Part shown: one piece after another, positions 9,733 through 17,244 of the stretch
Numbering within the stretch: position 1 is the first letter of the stretch
Layout of the letters: each line of letters opens with the position of its first letter
Source of the DNA: Anaerolineales bacterium
GTDB taxonomy: Bacteria > Chloroflexota > Anaerolineae > Anaerolineales > UBA6668
Direction of reading: 5' to 3'
Assembly (NCBI GenBank): GCA_020630225.1
Contig: JAHDBS010000004.1
Location: 1-39,138, forward strand
DNA length: 39,138 bases
Program-made: the position numbers and the translations under genes
The notes under the pieces: model-generated
Seen by the model: only the letters and a program-made list of their open reading frames with translations
Databases searched by the model: none
Told to the model about the DNA's origin: nothing

Positions 9733-9814
9733 TGAGGCCGGTGGGACTCGAACCCACACGTCCTAAGGACACAGGCCCTCAACCTGCCGCGTATACCAAT
9801 TCCGCCACGGCCCC
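9733..9814 (-). tRNA. tRNA-Leu (anticodon GAG), class II with long variable arm, no encoded CCA
   Basis: The reverse complement folds by hand. Acceptor GGGGCCG/CGGCCTC (one G-U). D-arm GCG-GAATTGGTATA-CGC. Anticodon stem GCAGG/CCTGT with loop TTGAGGG (GAG). Variable arm GTCC-TTA-GGAC. T-arm GTGGG-TTCGAGT-CCCAC. Discriminator A. Confidence 0.9.
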
Positions 9815-9861
9815 AATATGTTGTAGTGCAATTTCACGCAACAGCGCCAAATCGTTCAAAT

Positions 9862-9889
9862 ATTATAACAGTGAGACTCTCACTGTCAA
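9862..9889 (-). promoter_or_regulatory. Near-consensus sigma70 promoter for tRNA-Leu (TTGACA-16-TGTTATAAT)
   Basis: On the minus strand, TTGACA (9884-9889), a 16-nt spacer, and an extended -10 TGTTATAAT (9862-9870). The predicted TSS is about 40 nt upstream of the mature tRNA 5' end. Confidence 0.6.
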
Positions 9890-9892
9890 CAA

Positions 9893-10561
9893 ATGGATGC
9901 TACAGATTACGTGATTGATCTGCCACTTTTCCCATTGAATGTCGTGCTCTTCCCTGGCATGCCATTACCGTTGCATATTTTTGAAGAGCGTTATCGCTTG
10001 ATGATCAATGAATGCATCGATTCCCGACAGCCTTTCGGCGTCGTTCTAATTAAGAGCGGCCAAGAAGCTGGAGGCACTGCTGAGCCACATATGGTTGGCT
10101 GCACGGCAGAAATTGTCAGCGTCCAACGCTTAGAAGATGGCCGCCTATACATCAATACAGTTGGACGAGATCGATTCAAAATTCATGAATTGCATCATGA
10201 CAAGCAATATTTGCATGGCACTGTGGAAATACTTAGCATGGAAGACAGTGATACTATGAAAATGATCAAGAAAACCTATAGCTTGCGACGCTTAGTACGC
10301 AGCTATCTTGACACCATCTCATCGATTGCAGATACCGACATAGATCCAGAAAAATTACCTGAAGAGCCAATGTCACTGGCTTACCTTGGCACAATCCTGT
10401 TACAGGTTCCCGCTGAAATTAAACAACGCATTCTAGGTATTAATAGTGTTGCAGAGCTAATGAGCGAGATGCACAACGTTTATCAGCGTGAGAACGCACT
10501 GCTTGTCGAAATGCTACGCATTGGACCCAAAATGCAATCTCAAAGCCGCAATTTGAACTGA
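9893..10561 (+). CDS. Lon protease N-terminal (substrate-binding, PUA-like) domain protein
   Basis: 222-aa ORF. LPLFPLNVVLFPGMPLPLHIFEERYRLM is the canonical start of the LON substrate-binding domain. No AAA+ or protease domains. Confidence 0.8.
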   Translation: MDATDYVIDLPLFPLNVVLFPGMPLPLHIFEERYRLMINECIDSRQPFGVVLIKSGQEAGGTAEPHMVGCTAEIVSVQRLEDGRLYINTVGRDRFKIHELHHDKQYLHGTVEILSMEDSDTMKMIKKTYSLRRLVRSYLDTISSIADTDIDPEKLPEEPMSLAYLGTILLQVPAEIKQRILGINSVAELMSEMHNVYQRENALLVEMLRIGPKMQSQSRNLN

Positions 10562-10679
10562 CCAATTGTCAGTTCAGGTCGCGCGTTTACAACTCCCCAA
10601 CCCTCCTTTACAATCTCCGCTGGCTACTAGATGAGCGCCAGCGCTGTCTTTCCTATTTCTAGCCATAGAGGTAATTTCA

Positions 10680-11684
10680 ATGCGTATTGCTCTTGATGCA
10701 ATGGGCAGCGACAACCAGCCCGATCCAGAAGTGGAAGGGGCTGTATTAGCTGCTCGCGAATTTGGTTGTGACATATACATCACGGGAGATGAACCCGTTC
10801 TAAAACAAAAGCTTGCAGCGTATCCACACAGCGATGTTGCGGACAAGCTTCATATTGTTCACGCCCCAGAAAAGATCGCGATGAGCGACAAACCTGCCTT
10901 CGCTGCTCGTAAAAAGTCAGACAACTCCATGTCGCGTGGTATGCAGTTAGTCAAAGATGGCGACGCAGATGCCATGGTCACTGTTGGCAACACTGGCGCA
11001 GCGCTAGCCAGCGGGCTGTTCATCTTACGCCGCATCAAAGGCGTCAAACGCCCGGCACTAACCGTGCTGCTGCCGAGCGAAATTGGCTTACGTGTCATGC
11101 TGGATGCAGGTGCAAACGCTGAATGTAAACCAGAATTCCTGCAACAGTTTGGCATTATGGGAAGCGTATATGCCGAAAAGGTTCTCGGCGTTGATAATCC
11201 ACGCGTAGCGTTATTGTCTAATGGGGAAGAAGAAGGTAAAGGTAATGACCTTGCCATTGCAGCTTACCCATTGCTAGAAAAAAGTAGCATCAACTTTATT
11301 GGAAACGTGGAAGGCAAAGAAGTCTTCGGTGGCGGCACAGATGTCACCGTCACTGACGGCTTCACTGGAAATATTCTCATTAAGGTGGGCGAAGCAATCG
11401 CAAAGCTGATGCGTAACCGCATTCGCAGCGTATTCAAATCCAATCCGGCAACAATGCTGGCTGGTGCATTGACGCAGTCCAAACTACGAGGCGCATTTGC
11501 AGATATGGACCCTGATGAAATTGGTGGTGTTATTTTGCTTGGCTTGAACGCCCCACTCATTATTGGGCACGGTCGCTCAAATGCCAAAGCGGTCAAAAAT
11601 GCAATTGGTGCGGCCATCAAAGTTGTTGAAACTGATGTGGTTGGCTCCATTCGCGAATCAATTGCAGCAGAGTTGGCGAAGTAA
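10680..11684 (+). CDS. plsX: Phosphate acyltransferase PlsX
   Basis: 334-aa ORF. MRIALDAMGSD, VTVGNTGA and GHGRSNAKA motifs. It is followed 3 nt later by fabF. GAGG lies 9 nt upstream of the ATG. Confidence 0.9.
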   Translation: MRIALDAMGSDNQPDPEVEGAVLAAREFGCDIYITGDEPVLKQKLAAYPHSDVADKLHIVHAPEKIAMSDKPAFAARKKSDNSMSRGMQLVKDGDADAMVTVGNTGAALASGLFILRRIKGVKRPALTVLLPSEIGLRVMLDAGANAECKPEFLQQFGIMGSVYAEKVLGVDNPRVALLSNGEEEGKGNDLAIAAYPLLEKSSINFIGNVEGKEVFGGGTDVTVTDGFTGNILIKVGEAIAKLMRNRIRSVFKSNPATMLAGALTQSKLRGAFADMDPDEIGGVILLGLNAPLIIGHGRSNAKAVKNAIGAAIKVVETDVVGSIRESIAAELAK

Positions 11685-11687
11685 CCA

Positions 11688-12947
11688 TTGCATACGCAGC
11701 ATCGTGACGATGCTTCACGCGTCGTCATTACTGGCCTAGGTGCCATTTCTCCTTTAGGTGTTGGCGTACCCCGACTTTGGGATGGTCTCATCCACGCTGA
11801 GAGTGGCATTGGTCAAATTACGCAATTCGATACCTCAAATTTCGACTGCAAAATCGCTGGTGAAGCCTCGGGATTTGAACCGACAGCATTTATTCCAGCA
11901 AACGAAGCACGCCGAATGGCGCGGGCGTCACAGCTTGCGGTTGCCGCAGCAACAGAAGCATGGCACCACGCAGGCTTTGCAGAAAACCCCACGTCTAACG
12001 AACGCCTCGGTGTGATGCTAGGCTGTGGCATGGGCGGTTGGGAAAAAGCCGACTCTGGAACCACAGACTTTCGCGCACGCAACTCAGGTCGCGGCAAGCC
12101 GTTTGCATTGGCAGCATCGTTACCAAACATGCCTGCGTTTTACGTCAGTCAGTATCTAAAAGCCCAAGGCCCACTTGCCTCCATTACTACCGCTTGTGCA
12201 ACTGGCGGCCAAAACATTGGCGAAGCAACTGAAATTATTCGACGCGGTGCCGCAGACATTATGATTGCTGGTGGCGTTGAAGGGTTGGTGACTGACTTTA
12301 TTGTGGCTGGCTTTGCTGGCATGCGTGCTATGCCAACAGCTTACAACGACAATCCAGAAGCTGCTTCCCGCCCATTTGACCGAGATCGCAGCGGCTTTGT
12401 CTTGTCAGAAGGTTGTGGCGCGGTCGTGTTGGAACGTTATTCACATGCTAAAGCACGGAATGCTCCTATTCTGGCTGAAGTGCTGGGCTATGCCGCCTCA
12501 GCAGATGCTTACCATATTGCAAAACCTGACCCAAGTGGAATTGGCGCTGAGCGCGCAATGCGTTGGGCGTTGGCAAATGCAAACGTCGATCCGGCCTCCA
12601 TTGATTACATCAACGCGCATGGTTCTAGCACGCCCATCAATGATGTTTTAGAAACGGAAGCAATTAAACGCGTATTTGGGCAAACGGCTTATGAAATTCC
12701 AGTGTCATCGACAAAGAGCATGCTTGGGCATCCATTAGGTGGCTCTGGCGCACTTGAAGCGATTGCTTGCATACAATCGCTGAATACACGTATTATTCAT
12801 CCCACAAAAAACTTAGATCACCCTGATCCAAAGTGTGATTTAGATTACGTGCCACACACAGCACGTGACCATAAAACCAAACTAATCTTATCGAATTCAT
12901 TTGGACTTGGTGGTCAAAATGCTTGTCTCGTCTTAGGGGCTATTTAG
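11688..12947 (+). CDS. fabF: Beta-ketoacyl-ACP synthase II
   Basis: 419-aa ORF, TTG start. Active-site Cys context ITTACATG, His motifs INAHGSSTP and GHPLGGSG, and C-terminal SNSFGLGGQNA. Confidence 0.9.
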   Translation: MHTQHRDDASRVVITGLGAISPLGVGVPRLWDGLIHAESGIGQITQFDTSNFDCKIAGEASGFEPTAFIPANEARRMARASQLAVAAATEAWHHAGFAENPTSNERLGVMLGCGMGGWEKADSGTTDFRARNSGRGKPFALAASLPNMPAFYVSQYLKAQGPLASITTACATGGQNIGEATEIIRRGAADIMIAGGVEGLVTDFIVAGFAGMRAMPTAYNDNPEAASRPFDRDRSGFVLSEGCGAVVLERYSHAKARNAPILAEVLGYAASADAYHIAKPDPSGIGAERAMRWALANANVDPASIDYINAHGSSTPINDVLETEAIKRVFGQTAYEIPVSSTKSMLGHPLGGSGALEAIACIQSLNTRIIHPTKNLDHPDPKCDLDYVPHTARDHKTKLILSNSFGLGGQNACLVLGAI

Positions 12948-12950
12948 GAT

Positions 12951-13655
12951 ATGAACGTCTTTACTAACGAAACTATTTTCAATCGACGCGTACAAATTGC
13001 AAAAATCATGCGTCCGCTTGCCTTCGCAACTCTCATTGGTGGGCTAATTTTGCTGTACTTACGCGAAGATCTTCTGCTTGTCTCTTGGCTGATGGCCGGG
13101 CTCGGGTACTTACTTTCTATTGTTTCAGCGCACATGGGTGGCCGCTTCTTGGAGCTACCAGGCCGGATTATGCCGTTCGATGCTGTTCCAGATGCGCTCA
13201 AAGGTCTCGGAGAATCGCATCGCTTGTACCAGCTATACATGCCCGCTAATCACGTGTTAGTGGCGCCATCTGGTGTCTATGTCATCAAGCCACGAGATCA
13301 TGTTGGAACAATTAACTGGAATGAAAAGCGCGGCCGCTTTGAACACGTTGGCGAACGTATGATGAATCGCATTTTTGGCATTGATCGCTTTGGCCGCCCA
13401 GACAAAGAGTTGACGGCTGACATCAATTCAGTGTCTAGTCGTTTAGAAAGTTACTTTGGAGAAGAAGCACCAATGGTCAAAGGCATTATTTTATTGACCA
13501 ATCCTAAAACCAAAACCGGGTCAATGACACAAACCCCTTATCCAGTCGTGAAAAGCAAAGGTTTGAAGAAGTACTTGCGTGAACAAGGCAAAGGTGAGCG
13601 ACTTTCACAAACACAAATTGAAGAGATGGAAACCCGTCTTGGACTGCATGCGTAA
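12951..13655 (+). CDS. Membrane protein with degenerate NERD-like (nuclease-related) domain; function uncertain
   Basis: 234-aa ORF 3 nt after fabF. Two N-terminal TM helices. The core HVLVAPSGVYVIKPRDHVG resembles the NERD strand-loop-strand, but the acidic residue of the E-x-K motif is missing. The CDS is confident, the family assignment is weak. Confidence 0.45.
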   Translation: MNVFTNETIFNRRVQIAKIMRPLAFATLIGGLILLYLREDLLLVSWLMAGLGYLLSIVSAHMGGRFLELPGRIMPFDAVPDALKGLGESHRLYQLYMPANHVLVAPSGVYVIKPRDHVGTINWNEKRGRFEHVGERMMNRIFGIDRFGRPDKELTADINSVSSRLESYFGEEAPMVKGIILLTNPKTKTGSMTQTPYPVVKSKGLKKYLREQGKGERLSQTQIEEMETRLGLHA

Positions 13656-13658
13656 TGA

Positions 13659-13688
13659 TTGACGAAGCGCTGTGTAAACATCTACACT
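13659..13688 (+). promoter_or_regulatory. Candidate promoter for terC-family gene (TTGACG-18-TACACT)
   Basis: Hexamer matches about 32 nt upstream of ATG 13720. Sequence match only. Confidence 0.3.
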
Positions 13689-13719
13689 AGTACAAACCTT
13701 TAGAGAGAGACTAACGCAC

Positions 13720-14493
13720 ATGGAACAACTTACCCCCTTATTAGTACCATTTCTGACCTTAGCCGCACTTGAAATTGTGCTCGGCATTGATAACGTCATT
13801 TTCATTACAATTTTGGCCGACAAACTGCCTAAAGAAGACCGCCCGCGCGCGCGTCGACTTGGGCTTGGCTTGGCAGTCATCAGCCGTATTGTTCTACTAT
13901 TCGGGATTGGCATTATTGTCCGTCTAACGCAACCACTATTCGAAATTGGTGGTCATGGCTTTTCCGGGCGAGACATCTTACTGCTGCTTGGGGGTCTGTT
14001 CTTAATTGCCAAAAGCACCCGTGAAATTCACCACAAGCTTGAAGCACAGGATGATGCCCACGGCAATACATCTGGTGTCGCCACGATGGGGGCCGTTCTA
14101 GCGCAAATCATGCTGGTGGATGTTGTATTTTCACTCGACTCTGTGATCACAGCTGTTGGGATTACAGATAACCTGCCTGTCATGATTTCAGCTGTTCTTT
14201 TAGCTGCAGCAATCATGGTGATCTTTGCTGACCCAATTGGTGACTTTGTTGAACGACATCCAGCATTCAAGATCTTGGCATTGGCCTTCCTCATTATGAT
14301 TGGGGCGCTGCTGGTCATTGAAGGGTGGGATCATGATCTTGTCAAAGAATTCAAGATCAAGAATTACATTTACTTCACTATGGCATTCTCAGTAATTGTG
14401 GAATTTATACAGCTCCAACTCAAGCCGTCGAAAGATCCAGTGAAGTTGCATAACCAACCTTCACTGAAGAAAGATGGTGAAGACGCCCACTAG
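13720..14493 (+). CDS. TerC-family integral membrane protein
   Basis: 257-aa polytopic ORF. LEIVLGIDNVIFITILA and VVFSLDSVITAVG are the duplicated TerC signature motifs. Confidence 0.85.
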   Translation: MEQLTPLLVPFLTLAALEIVLGIDNVIFITILADKLPKEDRPRARRLGLGLAVISRIVLLFGIGIIVRLTQPLFEIGGHGFSGRDILLLLGGLFLIAKSTREIHHKLEAQDDAHGNTSGVATMGAVLAQIMLVDVVFSLDSVITAVGITDNLPVMISAVLLAAAIMVIFADPIGDFVERHPAFKILALAFLIMIGALLVIEGWDHDLVKEFKIKNYIYFTMAFSVIVEFIQLQLKPSKDPVKLHNQPSLKKDGEDAH

Positions 14494-14527
14494 CAAACGC
14501 GGCGAATTGCCAATAAATAGTAAAATG

Positions 14528-14560
14528 AAAGCCCCGACCAATTCGGGGCTTTTTTTATTT
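14528..14560 (+). terminator. Strong rho-independent terminator-like hairpin after terC, abutting the tgt start codon
   Basis: AAAGCCCCG-ACCAATT-CGGGGCTTT followed by TTTTATTT. The ATG at 14561 follows directly. Confidence 0.8.
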
Positions 14561-15643
14561 ATGGCTCTTACTGAACTTAGCACCGCCAACGGTACTGTCC
14601 AACTTCCTGCATTTGTCCCAGACGGGACGCGCGGCGTCGTTCGCACACTTGATGCAAACGATCTCCGTGCAGTCAAGATTCAACAGGTGCAAATGAATGT
14701 GTATCACCTGATGCAATCCCCTGGTACAACCACAATTCAGGCCTTAGGTGGCTTGCATAAGATGAGTGGTTGGCATGGCCCCATCAGTACAGATTCAGGC
14801 GGATTTCAGGTCTATTCGCTCATCCGGCAGAATGCGAAATTTGGAACGTTGACAGACCAAGGCGCTATCTTCCGAATTGAAGGCCGCAAGTTCAAGCTAA
14901 CCCCAGAAAAAAGCATTCAATTACAACTTGCTTACGGCGCAAATGTGTTGTTTTGCTTAGATGACTGTACCCATGTCAGTGACTCAATGGAAGAGCAGCG
15001 GAAATCTGTTGCGCGCTCCATTGCTTGGGCCAAACGCTGTCGCAAAGAATTCGAGCGCTTACAGGCCCAAAAGAATGCCAAACCAGCCAAACTTTATGCT
15101 GTCGTCCAAGGTGGCAACAGCGCAGAGTTACGCACCGAGTGCGCTGAATCATTATTAGAGATTGGCTTCGAAGGGTATGGGTATGGCGGTTGGCCCTTAG
15201 ATGACGATGGCAATCTTGTGAGTGAAATGCTGCAGCTTACGCGTGACCTAATTCCAAGCGACTATGCTTTGCACGCCTTAGGGGTAGGACATCCAGCTAA
15301 TGTTGCTGCTGCATCTCACATGGGATATACCCTCTTTGACAGCGTCATGCCAACCCGCGACGCTCGCCATGGACGGTTATATACCTTTACAAAAGATCCA
15401 AATGAAGCCACTCTGACTGGCAAAGACTGGTTCAAGTACATCTACTTAACCGACAAAAAGCATCTCAAGACAGCAACGCCAATCTCAGAATATTGTGACT
15501 GTCCAGTTTGCCAGACATACAGTTTGGGGTATGTGCATCACCTTTTCAAAATCAAAGATGCCCTAGCCCCCCGCTTTGCAACCTTGCACAACCTGCGCTT
15601 TATGACGCAGTTGATGGAAAACTTGCGTCGTGAACTACGTTAG
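14561..15643 (+). CDS. tgt: tRNA-guanine transglycosylase (TGT) family protein, divergent
   Basis: In-frame ATG (M30 of track ORF 14474-15643). The upstream extension would translate the terminator hairpin. Motifs: TDSGGFQV, VVQGG, LFDSVMPTRDARHG, and zinc site CDCPVC...H. Non-canonical FVPDGTRG and GYGGWPLDD replace FMPVGTxG and GGLxVGE. Confidence 0.8.
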   Translation: MALTELSTANGTVQLPAFVPDGTRGVVRTLDANDLRAVKIQQVQMNVYHLMQSPGTTTIQALGGLHKMSGWHGPISTDSGGFQVYSLIRQNAKFGTLTDQGAIFRIEGRKFKLTPEKSIQLQLAYGANVLFCLDDCTHVSDSMEEQRKSVARSIAWAKRCRKEFERLQAQKNAKPAKLYAVVQGGNSAELRTECAESLLEIGFEGYGYGGWPLDDDGNLVSEMLQLTRDLIPSDYALHALGVGHPANVAAASHMGYTLFDSVMPTRDARHGRLYTFTKDPNEATLTGKDWFKYIYLTDKKHLKTATPISEYCDCPVCQTYSLGYVHHLFKIKDALAPRFATLHNLRFMTQLMENLRRELR

Positions 15644-16436
15644 TCCTGAGGCATTAGCAGCAACGATTACTGCTATTCAACAGAACAAGCAATACGCCAC
15701 CATTGATGCGAATTTAGTCGAACGCATCGCACGTGAAGAGTTGGCCAAACGCACTAACAAAAAAGAAGTTGTCAAACATGCGCGTAGCCGGCTAAGACAA
15801 GCGGGCACAGCTTATTTCAAACGGCAAATCAACTATCAGCGGGCACTGGAACAGCTCCAAACAGCGACAGCATTAGACACGCAAAAAGCCGCTTGCCGTG
15901 ACATCATGGCTTTGCATACATCTACAGCCGAAAGACTAGACATCCTAGATGATCTATTTGCCACGCTTAGCCAACATTTACCGCCAGCAACGTCCGTTTT
16001 AGATATTGCCTGCGGGCTAAATCCGCTTACTATTCCGTGGCAGTCTTTAGAAAAAGACGCAACGTACTATGCTGTCGATATCTTCGCTGACATGATGCAA
16101 TTCTTGTCCAAGGCAATCCCTTTACTTGGGCGCACTGGACAGGCAACGGCAGCTAGCGTTATTCCTGACGTCCCCATCTCCACAGTTGATGTCGCTTACA
16201 TTTTCAAAGCCATTTCTTGTCTTGAGCAACTTGATCCTAATGCCGGAGAACTGCTGTTGCATGGTCTCAATGCTAAGCATATTGTCGCAACATTCCCACT
16301 CCAAAGCTTAGGCGGACGCAAAAAAGGAATGCTAAATACCTATCAGGCGCGTATGGCAACGCTCACTCACGACCAACCTTGGACCGTCAAAGAGTTCATT
16401 TTTAACACCGAGTTGGTTTACATCATTGAGAAATAA
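15630..16436 (+). CDS. FmrO/Rmt-Arm family 16S rRNA methyltransferase-like protein, copy 1 (m7G1405-type family)
   Basis: 268-aa ORF. GTG start overlapping the tgt stop by 14 nt. Motifs as I recall them in RmtB/ArmA: NKQYATID, LHTSTAERL, VLDIACGLNPL, YYAVDI, DVAYIFK, TFPLQSLGGRKKGM, TELVYIIEK. Confidence 0.8.
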   Translation: MNYVSPEALAATITAIQQNKQYATIDANLVERIAREELAKRTNKKEVVKHARSRLRQAGTAYFKRQINYQRALEQLQTATALDTQKAACRDIMALHTSTAERLDILDDLFATLSQHLPPATSVLDIACGLNPLTIPWQSLEKDATYYAVDIFADMMQFLSKAIPLLGRTGQATAASVIPDVPISTVDVAYIFKAISCLEQLDPNAGELLLHGLNAKHIVATFPLQSLGGRKKGMLNTYQARMATLTHDQPWTVKEFIFNTELVYIIEK

Positions 16437-16437
16437 G

Positions 16438-17244
16438 ATGGCCGGAGCAAAAGAAGCAACACAAACCCGCGTCATCGAAAGCCTGTTGGGGTCCCGTAAA
16501 TACGCGGCTACCGCGCCAGAAACTGTAACCGCTTTGGTCCGGCTAGAGGCCAGCAACCATAAGTCGGCAAAGGCGCTCGAAAAAGCGGTTCGTAAACATC
16601 TACACAACATTATGGCGCCCTATTTGGGTGATCCAGATTATCCGCAAGCAGCTATTCAACTCACGGAAGCATTCGCAGAGGGACAATCACAAGCGAATAC
16701 ATTGCTACTCGAATTCCTTAGCATGCATGAGTCAACCAAAGAACGCTTGCCCATTTTGACGCAATTCTTTGCCGACATCTTTGCAATTACCGGCGTTCCG
16801 AACACCGTCTTGGACTTAGCTTGTGCACTCAATCCGCTCGCTTTTCCGTGGATGGGCTTAGCAAATGACGCAACGGTCTATAGCTACGACATCCACACAG
16901 AACGCATCGATTTTTTGAACACATACTTTGCATTGCAAGGTATTCCGCAAGCAGCCAAGTTACAAGATCTCGCTTTAGAGCTGCCAACAGAGCAAGGTGA
17001 TGTCGCGTTATTTCTCAAAGAATTACCGCGCTTTGAGCGGAACTATCAAAAGAAAGGGTGGCGCATGATTGATGCGCTAAATGTTAAGTGGGTCGTCATT
17101 TCATTTCCGACAGTCAGCTTGCACGGTGGTCGCTCTTTAGTCGAGCACTATCGTAATTATTTTGCTGAAAAAGCAGCTGCACGCAACTGGGAATACACCG
17201 AACTCATGTATCCAACTGAAATGGTATTTGTAGCAAAAAAATGA
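16438..17244 (+). CDS. FmrO/Rmt-Arm family 16S rRNA methyltransferase-like protein, copy 2 (divergent paralog)
   Basis: ATG 1 nt after the copy-1 stop (the track ORF begins at TTG 16426). Motifs [67 protein letters not shown]. Confidence 0.75.
   Translation: MAGAKEATQTRVIESLLGSRKYAATAPETVTALVRLEASNHKSAKALEKAVRKHLHNIMAPYLGDPDYPQAAIQLTEAFAEGQSQANTLLLEFLSMHESTKERLPILTQFFADIFAITGVPNTVLDLACALNPLAFPWMGLANDATVYSYDIHTERIDFLNTYFALQGIPQAAKLQDLALELPTEQGDVALFLKELPRFERNYQKKGWRMIDALNVKWVVISFPTVSLHGGRSLVEHYRNYFAEKAAARNWEYTELMYPTEMVFVAKK

Noticed and set aside
9733-9814. tRNA-Leu as an integration hotspot flanked by a genomic island
   Set aside because: No integrase, no recombinase and no obvious direct repeat of the tRNA 3' end nearby. 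The flanking genes are ordinary housekeeping genes.
9869-9885. Palindrome CAGTGAGACTCTCACTG as a CIRCE (HrcA) or HAIR (HspR) heat-shock operator for the Lon-N gene
   Set aside because: It does not match TTAGCACTC-N9-GAGTGCTAA or CTTGAGT-N7-ACTCAAG in either half-site sequence or spacing. It is kept only as an unassigned palindrome.
9406-9914. ORFs 9406-9660 (+), 9572-9772 (-) and 9732-9914 (+)
   Set aside because: They overlap the tRNA-Leu gene, its terminator or its promoter. The peptides are Cys/Trp/Arg-rich nonsense typical of non-coding sequence.
10859-11809. Long antisense ORFs (10859-11257 and 11264-11809, minus strand) opposite plsX, and similarly 33519-34022 opposite the PEP-utilising gene
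   Set aside because: The sense frames carry unambiguous family motifs. The antisense peptides are Ala/Ser/Pro/Arg-rich, as expected for the reverse frame of a coding region.
13656-13719. Possible yybP-ykoY (Mn) riboswitch upstream of the TerC-family gene
   Set aside because: The whole leader is only 64 nt, far shorter than that riboswitch, and I see no four-way-junction-like pairing.
14474-14560. Longer tgt ORF starting at GTG 14474, as in the ORF track
   Set aside because: The 29 extra codons overlap the terC 3' end and would translate the GC-rich terminator hairpin and its T-tract (KAPTNSGLFLF). ATG 14561 gives an N-terminus that aligns with the TGT family.
14494-14560. Possible preQ1 riboswitch upstream of tgt
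   Set aside because: The only structure present is a canonical terminator hairpin. I recognise no preQ1-type pseudoknot motif, and tgt is not a usual preQ1-regulated gene.
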